Shown: positions 37,064-48,344 of the stretch, one piece after another
How the letters are laid out: the number at the start of each line of letters is the position of its first letter
Position numbering within the stretch: the stretch's first letter is position 1
Notes under the pieces: model-generated
The model's database searches: none
Told to the model about the DNA's origin: nothing
What the model saw: the letters and a program-made list of their open reading frames with translations, nothing else
Origin: Rebecca billardiae RCC1528
Lineage: Eukaryota > Protista > Haptophyta
Assembly: GCA_965240325.2 (NCBI GenBank)
Contig: OZ251251.1
Location: 248,001 to 312,000, forward strand
Length of the DNA: 64,000 bases
Direction of reading: 5' to 3'
Position numbers and translations under genes: made by a program

Positions 37064-39347
37064 CCCCTTACGTATTTACAGACGGTCTCTGCTGGAGACC
37101 GTCTCTGGGGAGCCCGGCCCAGAGACGAACTCTGGCCGCCAGCCGCCAAAGACGGTCTCTGCTGGAGACCATTTTCTCGGTGGCGCCACTGGCGCGAGCG
37201 CTCCCGGGGCTGCGCCGCCGCGGGGCTCTCCGTTCGCCGCCAAGCGCCATGCCGGCTCCGCCCTGCCCGCATTGAACGGCGCTGGCACACGAGACCGCGT
37301 ACAGTACTGCGCGCCGTGGATGCACTACGCAGCAGCTACGCAGTGCAGCGACTCGCGCTCTCCAACTTGTGGTGCCACGCGCTCGCGCGCTCGCGCGAAC
37401 GCGTGTGTTCGAACGCACCTGTGCACGCTCGCACGCGAGAGGTCTGACTTGATGCTGACGAGCGTGGTGGCTCATGGCTCGCGAGAGGAGCCACATGCCA
37501 CACTCTTTCTCCCCGCCCCCGAGCCCTCTCTCGCGCGTGGCTGTGACAAGTACGCGCGCGCACGTTCTGAGCGCCGCAGCGCAACATGGCGCGCTCACTC
37601 ACACTTCTCGCGCACCATCTCCTGCCGCAGACGACCAGCCCGTGCGCATCGCGCGCCTTGCCCGAAAGGTGTGTGAGCAGCAGACCCGAGCAGATTGCCG
37701 GGCGCGCCGAGCAGTCTGCGCCCACGCCGCTGACCGGCGTGGGCGATGCAGGTTGGCGGATCACCTTACTGTGCGCTGGCCTCGGCGCAGCAGCCAAGTT
37801 TCCCGCGCGGCAGCCCTGGAGGTGCTTGGGGGCGCGCGCTCGGGCGTGGAGGCGCCCGCGCAGGCAAAGTGTATAGCTGAGCAGCCGCGAGAGAGCGCGC
37901 AGCGCCCTTCCATGTCAGGCGCCTCGCTCATACGCACGTTCAGCACGTCTCGGGGCAGTGCGCGCCCGTGACGCGACGCTGCCGCGGAGCGCAAGTGCCG
38001 CAAGTGCCAGGCGCGGGCAACGGTCAGCCATCCGTGATGCACTCCGTCGTCGGTACGGGTCGGACGAGCCGGCGAGACAATTTGCGATCTAACCTACGCT
38101 CAGTGTATGACCTCGCACCGTCGAGCAGGAGTTTGATCACGTCCCACATAGCCTGCGTATTTCTTGCCTCGGGCACTGTCCACTACTGAGCCACTACTAA
38201 TTCTAATAGCAGCCTACTCTATGAGTATGAGTATGACGATCACCGTCACGGCGGGGCCGACAGCGCGAGCGCGACGGTGCGAGATGCCGAAAGCAGTCGG
38301 CGCCTTTAAAGGATCACATGGTGACAATATCTCACGACCACTTGCCTGGCCAACACGATTCAAGACAAAAACACAGTGTCCCACTGACCGTTGCCCGCGC
38401 CTGGCACTTGCGGCACTTGCGCTCCGCGGCAGCGTCGCGTCACGGGCGCGCACTGCCCCGAGACGTGCTGAACGTGCGTATGAGCGAGGCGCCTGACATG
38501 GAAGGGCGCTGCGCGCTCTCTCGCGGCTGCTCAGCTATACACTTTGCCTGCGCGGGCGCCTCCACGCCCGAGCGCGCGCCCCCAAGCACCTCCAGGGCTG
38601 CCGCGCGGGAAACTTGGCTGCTGCGCCGAGGCCAGCGCACAGTAAGGTGATCCGCCAACCTGCATCGCCCACGCCGGTCAGCGGCGTGGGCGCAGACTGC
38701 TCGGCGCGCCCGGCAATCTGCTCGGGTCTGCTGCTCACACACCTTTCGGGCAAGGCGCGCGACGCGCACGGGCTGGTCGTCTGCGGCAGGAGATGGTGCG
38801 CGAGAAGTGTGAGTGAGCGCGCCATGTTGCGCTGCGGCGCTCAGAACGTGCGCGCGCGTACTTGTCACAGCCACGCGCGAGAGAGGGCTCGGGGGCGGGG
38901 AGAAAGAGTGTGGCATGTGGCTCCTCTCGCGAGCCATGAGCCACCACGCTCGTCAGCATCAAGTCAGACCTCTCGCGTGCGAGCATGCACAGGTGCGTTC
39001 GAACACACGCGTTCGCGCGAGCGCGCGAGCGCGTGGCACCACAAGTTGGAGAGCGCGAGTCGCTGCACTGCGTAGCTGCTGCGTAGTGCATCCACGGCGC
39101 GCAGTACTGTACGCGGTCTCGTGTGCCAGCGCCGTTCAATGCGGGCAGGGCGGAGCCGGCATGGCGCTTGGCGGCGAACGGAGAGCCCCGCGGCGGCGCA
39201 GCCCCGGGAGCGCTCGCGCCAGTGGCGCCACCGAGAAAATGGTCTCCAGCAGAGACCGTCTTTGGCGGCTGGCGGCCAGAGTTCGTCTCTGGGCCGGGCT
39301 CCCCAGAGACGGTCTCCAGCAGAGACCGTCTGTAAATACGTAAGGGG
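37064..39347. mobile_element. Foldback (Mutator-like) non-autonomous element: 964-bp inverted arms, 356-bp spacer, 9-bp TSD
   Basis: 37064-38027 is the reverse complement of 38384-39347, with two mismatches seen; the ORF track shows mirrored ORFs. TSD tgcctccgg at 37055-37063 and 39348-39356. Confidence 0.93.
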
Positions 39348-40615
39348 TGCCTCCGGCGACCTTCGCGAAGCGCATTCGAAGAGACGACGACGATGACGGT
39401 TGGCCGAAAATGGAAATGGCCGTCCGGCCAAAGGAATCCGGCGGCAATCTCGGAACGGCGGCTGGTGCAACCAAGGGGGTGTGCAACCCCCCGTCCGACC
39501 ATCCCCACCCACACGCGCTGCCGCGGGGCACTGTTGCGCCACCGCATGCGCGCACCGTGGCCGAACAAGCCTTCGCTCACGACCATGTCATGAGCGTAGT
39601 ACTCACTTGTCTGCATGCTATCACACATCGTGCGCGTTGTGCCTCACGCCGGGACTCGTCGGGTTGATCACCCGGAGGTGTTGCGACGGACATGAGAAAC
39701 CGAGACGAAGGCCTGGGCATGCGTGCGCCTTCTCAACACGACCAGGAGCGGGCGCTGTGGCTCCTCGTCGATGGTATCACCGCTCGCGCTGCTGTCTTTT
39801 CCAACATTGCGTCCGCCGTCAGAAGATGCGCAGGCGCATTCTCCGGACACGTGAGCGAATCTTCCCGTTACGAACGCGCTCACGCTCTCGCGCGGCAGCG
39901 GCGCACGTATGCGGCGGCGCAACCGCGCCCCGCGGCAGCGCGCGCATGCAGTCGACCAAGTCGTGTGCCAAGCGCGCGCGACCGTCGGAGCATGAGTTTG
40001 TGCTGTCTTCAGGCGGCACCGCGCACATCCGTGCTGCTCCGGCCTTGGAGTTTGCCTCAACGCCTAGGCAGCAGCGGGACGTGCGCGCGACCAAGGGTAG
40101 TAAAAGGGCGAGCAACTCCGCCGGCCGACAGCCGCGGAGGTCGTGACACCAAGGGCCGTAGTAACCCGCCTGTTACTACCGTTGTTCGTGCGCACGTCCT
40201 GCGACCTGCGCTGGAACTGTGCTTAAGGTGCGGCACGGCAGGAAACCGCCGGACTGCGACGTAACAGCCATGGCTGCCGGTTGCGCGCGCCGATTCGAGG
40301 CTCGTGCGCGCCGACCGCGTACGGCACGGTCCGGAGCGCATGCAGGGTGGTCAAAGCACGTGCGTCGGCCTCCTGGCCCGCCCCCAATGACCCGCCCAGC
40401 TGCAGGCTGCAGCAGGTAAATAAACGGTGGGAAGGCAACTTGCCCCTGGACTTTCCGGACCGGACCGGGGGCCGCGACCGTTGGTCAAAAGGGTGGTCGG
40501 TCGGTGGACCAGTGCCGCACAACCGTCTCCCGGAGCTTGCTGCGCGTCCGCCGGCACTGCGCGCGCTCTGCAGCCTCTGCTCCGCCCCTTCCGCCAGTCC
40601 CACCGAACGCACGCG

Positions 40616-40987
40616 ATGACACTCTCCGGCTGGGGCCCGAAAGACATCATCTCCGAGACCAAGGTGAAGAAGCTGTACCATCTCAACGACGCCGACCTCA
40701 ACACGCTGCCGTGCACGAACCGCAACGCGTTTGACGTCAGCTACGTCGCGTACCGCAAGGTCGACGTGTTGAAGCGGGTCCAGCAGAAGAAGCAGACCGA
40801 CCCGGCGTATGCGAGTACGATTGGCACCAAAGGCGCCTCGCTTGACGAGATGCAGGCCGTCCCCAAGGGAGGCGTGCACAAGAAGCGCAGCAAGAAGGCA
40901 CGCCGCACGTCGCAGTGGGTCTATCTTGATGAAGATATTGGATATGTCCATATCGACCAGCTGAAGGATTTCGACGGTCGTCTCTGA
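40616..40987 (+). CDS. Small basic protein with an XPA C-terminal-like domain
   Basis: 'IISETKVKKLYHLNDADLNTLPCTNRN...VAYRKVDVLKRVQQK' resembles the XPA_C pattern I..T.aK..Y.L.D.DL; basic NLS-like KKRSKKARR. Confidence 0.55.
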   Translation: MTLSGWGPKDIISETKVKKLYHLNDADLNTLPCTNRNAFDVSYVAYRKVDVLKRVQQKKQTDPAYASTIGTKGASLDEMQAVPKGGVHKKRSKKARRTSQWVYLDEDIGYVHIDQLKDFDGRL

Positions 40988-42945
40988 TCACAGGGCGTGC
41001 ACGAGCGCATGCCCCGAGCCAGCCTGCGTTGCGCCGCGCCAAGCAAAGGCACTCATCTACTCAGTGCTCGACGCAATTCCGCTGCCGCAACGACAATCGT
41101 CACGCCTGTAAACCGCCGGCCATTAGGTCAGAAACACTTCGACACTGCAAGACGTCGACGTCTTGAATGGCAGTGATCACCAGAGCTGTACGTGGAGGCA
41201 ATTCGTCCGTCTCTGACAGCTCGTCGCACGACGAGTGCGGCAGGCACGTGCAGTGCCCTGACGAGGGATTGGCAGCCGCTGAGCAAGCAGACGCCTCCCT
41301 TCTGGCCTTCTGTGACTCGTCACAGTACTCGCAGTACGTACAGCCTTTTATCTTGACACGAAAGATGCCCCCCTCGTAAGCTGGTCATCCCCAATGCAGT
41401 CGTGCTGTAATAACAGCCCTGCCTAAGACGCCTGCCCTGCACGGACGATACCGCAGCCGGACCCCGACAGGCAAGCCGCCCCTGGAATGATGACCACAGT
41501 AGCGACAAAGTCTACAGCGGACGCAGCAGCGAGGCAGTGCGTACAGGGACTATGTCACCTGGCATCTGCAGCGCTATATCACCTGGCATCTGCGCTCATC
41601 AGTGCATATCGACTATCGTCGTCACATCAGCTACGTATACTACTAGCTAGGTACCGTCGACGAGACCAGAGCTGTGGCGGGATCTCGATCCCGCTATATA
41701 TATATATATATATATATAGCGTGTAGTAGTGCTGACGATGTATACGACTTGCTTGTTCTGATAGCAGCATGCCGGTGGGTAGCGCAGTACAAATGCGCCC
41801 GCGCGATGACGACGATTATACCGGACGACGTACCGCGCCCTGGCAGTGACGCGCATCTGATACCACTGTCCTGCGGACGAGCACTTCCGGGCTGGTCCGG
41901 CGCCTAGCCGGCAGTAGCTACGGTCGTAGTCTATACTGTACTCGGCCGTACCGGCGACTATACTGATGGACGCGCACTGATATGATATGTAGCGCGCAGT
42001 AGCAAGCAGCGCCGATCCGATCAATGCTCGGATCAGTACGCGCGACGATGATGATCACTACCGGACTCGATCCTACAATCCCGTGCGACAGGCAGGTATT
42101 ATTGCCAGGCCGTACTGTAGTCGTAGACCGAGTACCGTCGTGACAGTCGATATCATCGTAGTAGTAGTCGGCTCGCCCGGCGGCACCAGCGCGGCTCGGC
42201 TTCAGCAGACGGACGAGCAGCCGACTGATGAGGCCTCCGCGCACGCCGCCCCGGCCGAGCGAGCGCGCGCTCGCGGGCCCGGAGTCGGATGCCGGCCCCG
42301 GCAGCACCGCTGAGTCGCCGGCCCGGGCCCGGCCGCCGGGCCGGTCGGTCGCCGCGGCCGCGGCGTCGCGCTACTGTTGAGACTGCCGCTACTCCGCGAC
42401 GCGATGCTGGCGACGAACTGGGCGACCGCGTCACTCACATCATCAGGAGTTATTATTATACGACGACAGACGACTGATGACGATATATGATATGATGAGC
42501 GCAGCTTCGATCATATATCAATAAGGCGCTGCATGCTTTTCAAGCTGCTGCTGAGTCAGCAGCCCAGCCGAGCTACTGCGCAGATCGAGTCGGTCCGAGT
42601 CGGCTGACGATCGGATCGATTCCGGACGACGATATGATATGTCAGCAGCAGTAAATGACTACGCGGTACGCCGCCTGCCACTGTACCGGCGACGACGACA
42701 TCGTCATCATCTAATCGCACGCAACTACTAGTGACATGCCAGGCGCGGCGCGTCGTCGTCGTACTCTAATCACTTACGGGCGGCCGGGCAGCCGCCCGAC
42801 GATGGCATGCAAGTTATTGGCACTCAGGTTGCAGTGGCATCGGCATCGTCACGGGCCGGCCTTGGCTGCGACCGGCACTTCCGTCCCGGCGCGGGTACCG
42901 TCCGCACCGCCGCCCGGTCCGAGCCGGCGGCTCGTCCGGTCGCGC

Positions 42946-45900
42946 TCAGGAGCCCTCGGCCGCGACCATCGCCGCAAACGAGAACGGGCGGAACGGCCTC
43001 CCGTCGCCCTTGTAGAACTTGCTCTGGAACTCGACCCAGTGCAGCCGCAGCGCGTGCAAAAAGGCGGAGAGGGACTCCATCCCCATCAGAACGACCACCG
43101 TCAGCGCAAACCTGCGCGCGTGCGCGCGCGCAAGCGCGCACGGGGCAAGGCGCGGAGGGCGGGGGGCAGGGCGGCGCGGCGCAGCGGGCACGCAGGCGGG
43201 GAGTCGGCGGGAGAGGGCGCGCGGCGTGGGGCCCCGCGCCCTCCCGCGCGCGCGCGCGTGGCCGCACGGCGGCAGCCGTCGCCGGCAGCGGCGCGTGCGG
43301 CGCGTGCGCGCGGCACGGTTGCGCGCGGCACGGTTGCGTGCGCAGCGCACCAGACGGTCGTGGCGAGCGTGATGCGCACGGCGCAGCCGACTGTGGACGC
43401 GTCCGGGTGCGCGCACGGCGCCAGGCCCATCTCGACGAGCACCTTCTGCCAGAACACGACCTACACACACACACACACACACACACAGAGGGGCACGGAG
43501 CGGGCGGGGGCGGCGCGCGTCTCGCGGCGCACCGGTGAGCCGCCCGCACGGCGCGCGCCGGCCGCCCGCCCCCCCTCAGCGACCAGCCAGCCGCGCTCCT
43601 CGCGTGCCGCCGCGCGCGCGCACCGAGAGCTGGTTGTGCGCGAGCGAGAGCGCCCAGAGCCGGAGGTACGACGCGGTGTTCGAGACGGTGCCGAGCACGA
43701 ACTCGATCGTGTGGATGGCCTGGTGGACCGCACCCTCCACCAACGCCTCCGCCTCCTCGTCGGCGGCGGCGGACGCGGCCGCGACAGCCGCGGCGGAGGC
43801 GCCGCCGGCCGCTGGCGGCGGCGGCTGCGCGTCCGAGGAGGCGTAGGCGCGGGCGGAGAAGGAGGGGCGGCGCACGGCGCAGCTGCTGCCGCCGCCCGCC
43901 GCCGCGCCGGACGCCGCAGCCGCCGCGGCGGCCGGCCGCGCGCGCACGCACGTGCCGCCCGCGTGCAGCAGACTCGGCCCGCCGCCGTCACCCTCGGCGA
44001 GCGCCGCCGCGCCGCCGGCGGCGGCGGCCGCGCCGAGCCCGCCCTCCTCGGCGACGCCGCTGAGCGGGCGCGCGCTCGGCGTGTCGTCGTCGCCCGAGTT
44101 GGACACGTCGTCGAGCAGCCGCCGCCCCTCCGCGCCGTGCAGCTGCGCGCGCCGCCGCTTCCGCGCATACGCCGCGTAGGCGGCGTATGGTTTCGCAAAC
44201 AGCATCCACGGGACGCACGCGAGCGCAAGCAGAAGCAGCAGCAGCTGCGCGCGCGGCTGCGCCTCGAAGAGGGTCTCCTCCGGCGGGACGGCGCCCGGCC
44301 GCATGAAGAAGTTGATCAGCATCGTGATCAGCGAGGGCGGGCGGCGCGCCTCGCCCACCCAGTCGACCGACCACTTGAAGAAAATCGCGCCGACCAAATA
44401 GCCAAACACCGACTGCATGAAGAGCAGTTGAGGCAGCCACTCCGCCCAGATGTCGAGGCGCGCGCGGCGGTGCAGCGCGTTGCCCAGCGAGCAGAGCAGG
44501 CCGAGCGTCATCTGCGCCACGCCGAACACGATCGACAGCTTCATCTTGTACGAGTTGACGAACGACAGCGCGTTCGGCTGCGCGGGCGGCGCGCGCGCGC
44601 GGGCGAGGCGCGCGCGCGCGGCGGCGGCGCGGGGCGGCGCGGCGCGGCGGGGCGCGGCGGCGGAGGCGGCGTGGGGGCGCGGGCGGTGGCGGGGCGTGCG
44701 CGCGGTGAGCGGCGCGATGCGGCGAGAGCGTCGGGCGCAGCCCAGCCCGGTGCAATCCGGTGCGCGCGCAGCAAGTACACCGCGCGCGCAGATGGCGAGG
44801 CCCGCGCCGGGCGTGCCGCCGCGCGCGCGCCCGCCCCGCCGCCGAGGCGGCGGGGGCGCGGCGCGTGCTGTGCCGCGGCCGGTTGGAAGGGGGCGGCCGC
44901 CCTCGGGCGCGCCGGCGGCCGTCCCGAGTACACGGCGCGGGTGTGTGCGCGCGCGCGCGCCCCCCCCGCACGGACGCGCCCGCCCGCCCTTCCCCCGGCC
45001 GCCGCCGCCGCCGCCGCGCCGCGCCGCGCCGCGCCGCGCCGCGAGCGCGCGCGCGCGCGCGGCCGCGGCCGCGCGGAGCGGCCGCGCCGCCAGCGCCGCA
45101 CCTTGCCGTGCCAGACCGGGTCGATGCCAAACGGGTACGTGCGGTGCGGCTGCTTGCGGTACCCGTGCGCCGTGCGCCGCCACGCCGAGCCGAACAGGTT
45201 CACCGAGCAGCCGAAGACGTCGTTGTACACCAGGCCGCAGTAGGTCGCGCACACGCCCATCGCCAGGAGCACGTAACGGCCGTGCCACGGGAAGGACTCG
45301 AGCTCGTCCATCTTGGCCTCGCGCTTCTTGAGCGAGGCCTCGCGCAGGATGTAGCTCAGCGCGAACGCGACGAGCAGCAGCCCGTGCCCCACGTCGCCAA
45401 ACATCAGCCCGAAGAAGAACGGGAACGTAACGGCCGTGAACGGCGCCGGGTTCAACTCATCGGCGCCCGGCGTGCCGTAACCGTCCACGATGGCCTGGTA
45501 GGGCGCGAGCAGCCAGCCGGCGGCGAAGTAGGAGGGCGGCCGCTCGTCCGGCGCGTGCGGGTACGGCGCGCCGTGCGCCGGCCGCTCGAGCGCGTGCAGC
45601 ACCGGCGGCGCGTGCGAGCCGCACCGCTCGGACGCGCGCGCGAGCGCGTCGCGCGTGCGCGCGAGCATCGACTGGGGGATCCACCCCTCGCAGAGTAACG
45701 TCTTTCGGGACGGGTCAAAGTCGCACTGGTTGAGGCAGTGCGCGACGCCCTTGGCGCGGAGGAGCGCGGCGCGCCAGAGCCCCGCGTGCGCCGCGGCGCG
45801 CTCCAGCGTCGCCGCGCGCCGCGCCTTCATCGCCGACAGCACGCGCTGCAAATCCGCCACGCGCACGTTCACGTCGTGAGTCAGCCCGTGCCGCTGCGTT

Positions 45901-46306
45901 TCGTCATGTGGGTACTCATACCGGTGGCAGCCGAGCGCGTCGGCGAGGGCGCAGACCTTGTCCCGCAGCGTGCCGCCGGAGCAGAGCACGACGAACGCGT
46001 CCTTCTCCACCCGCCCGCCGCCCACGTGCCCCGGGTCCACCAGCGCCACCTCGACCGGCGCCGCGCGATAAAACGCGTTGCCGCGCGTCGCCCTGAACAC
46101 GAGCCGCTCGAGCGCGGCCGCGCGGTGCCGCGGCACGAGTCCGGTGATGCAGCAGAGGCGCGGGGTGGCGGGGCCGCGCCCGCCGCCGCCGCCACCGCCC
46201 ACGCCGCCGCCGCCGAACGGGCCGCCGCCGCCGCCGCCCGCCGAGCCGAACGTGCCGCGCCGCGCGCCGAGGCCGCCGCGGCCCGCGCCGGCCGCAGGGA
46301 GAATCC

Positions 46307-46352
<46 letters not shown>

Positions 46353-47065
46353 CTCCTCCTCGTCGTCAAAGGAGATGAGCGTCTGCTCGGCGCGCCGCGC
46401 GCCGCCGAGCTCCATCCCGCCCGCGCCGCCGCCGCGCCCCGCCTCCACGTCGCGCCCGAACGCCGCCGACGCCGCGGGCCGCTCCTCCGCGCCTCCGAAC
46501 GGATGCGCGCCGGCGCCGGCGCCACCCGTCGGCGTCGCAGGCGCGGTCGAGAGAAGCCGCGCGGCCACGCGCAGCATGTGGCCCATCTCCTCGAGCTTGG
46601 CGGCGTCGGTGGCGAGCACCGCCTCGCGCGCGTCGCCCTCGCGCAGCTCCGCCTCCAGGTCGTGCAGCTCGTGCGCCAGCTCGGCGAGCGAGACGGGGAG
46701 TGCGCCTGCGGACGCGGCAGGCCGCAGCCTTGGCGCGCCGGCCACACCGCCCGGCGGCAGCGGCGGCGGCACCATGCCGGGCGGGAAGTGCTGCTCGACG
46801 AAGCGCAGCCGCGCCTGCAGGCTGTCGCACCGGCGCACCTGCGCGCGCACGCCCGCACGGCGCGGATGGGGCGGCGCGGCTCGAGTGAGCCGCCGCGCGC
46901 TGCGCATGCCCCGCGCCGCATTCTCTCGCGGCCGCGCGGCGCGGCGGTGCTTCCCGCCAGCGGCGGGTGGTCACGGCCGAGCGCGCAACGCGGCGGCGCG
47001 GCGCGCGGGCGTGCGCGCGCGACTGCGCCGCGCGCATGGACGGCGCGCCGGCCGCGCGCCGCCGA

Positions 47066-47104
<39 letters not shown>

Positions 47105-47316
47105 ACCTCTGCAACAAAGTGGCGCGAGATGGCGGGCACGCCTGCGTTGAGGTCGCGGAGCTCGATGGTGCCGAGCTCGCCGAGCTCCTCGAAGGTGGCG
47201 TGCGCCGCCTCCGACTGGATGAAGAGCTGCACGAGGAACACGGGCTCCGAGCGGAAGAGGCTGGCGCGCGGCGGCTCGTCGTCGCCGCGCGCCGCCGCGC
47301 CCGGCCGCGCGCGCAT
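42946..47316 (-). CDS. ATP6V0A: V-type H+-ATPase V0 subunit a
   Basis: Approximate exons 47316-47107, 46838-45102, 44577-43624, 43460-43351, 43111-42946. Motifs 'SLFRSEP', '[11 protein letters not shown]', '[17 protein letters not shown]', 'YPFGIDPVW', '[12 protein letters not shown]', '[27 protein letters not shown]', '[27 protein letters not shown]'. The start could be 47577. Confidence 0.96.
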
Positions 47317-48344
47317 CGGCCGCGGGCTCGGTGTCACCGGCTCGCGGAGAACCGCGTCGTCGTCCTTCTTGCGGTGGGCCACGCGTGACGACGCCAGGCT
47401 GTTTGCCCACCAGAGTCGCGTACCGCCCCTCGGCACGCCCGTCCGCGACGAGCGCGCGCGGGGGACGAGGCGCCGAACTGTCTGTCGCCTGCGCGCGAGG
47501 GAGGGTGGACGCGGTGCGGCCAGAGCTGCCGCCGCGGCTCTCCCCCCTCCAGCGCGCGGGGTCGGGTCCGCCGCCATCGTGAATGTGGCCGGCCAGCGTG
47601 CGTCGTCGACTCAGCAGCAGCGCACGGATGGCACGCGCGGTCGTGCGACAGTCCGTTCGGCCCGCGTAGTCGCGTGGACGGCCACCGAGGAGCGCCGAGG
47701 CAAGGCCTGCCACCGTCGAGACTGCAGCTGACCCACTTGTCGGCGAGCCCGACGTCAAGTATTCAGTAACTTTGCCGCGTCAGTCGCGCCGGCGTGCCGG
47801 GTGGCGGCGCCGGCGCCCCGGCGGGGGCTCCGCGCGGTGGCTGATGACGCCAGCTCTAAGAATCCGGCTCACAGGTGGATTCGGGCGTGCGACGCCCCGC
47901 CGCGTGGGCGCCGGTGGGCCAGGCTGGCCCTGGCGCGGGTCAGCGTTGTCCCGAGTACCGCGAGGCTTGACGGCTCCGCCGTAACGGAATCGGCCTGTCG
48001 ATGAGCCGTGATCCGCGCTCACGGCCCACCGGGCCGCCGAGACAAGTCCGATTTCCGAGTAGCCTTGCTATACACATATATAGGTATGTAGATGGCATAC
48101 GGCGATACATCCGTGCGTGCTATTGCTGCGTCGCGCAGCATATGGATCAGCATCAATAAGCAGTAGACCGGGACGGAGCCCCGAGCCGCACTTGATGAGT
48201 AATATATATATATAAGTGAGTAGTAGTGAGTAGTCAGATTGACTCAGAAAGCGACGCCGGCAGCTCCGCCGCCGCCCTGGCGCGCGCTTGCGGCGCGCGC
48301 ATCGCATATATGATCCGCGCGCGTGCGTCAGCAATCGATCATCA

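Noticed and set aside
37068-39343. Duplicated ORFs inside the foldback arms
   Set aside because: No recognisable domains; they only mirror the inverted repeat, and no transposase motif was seen
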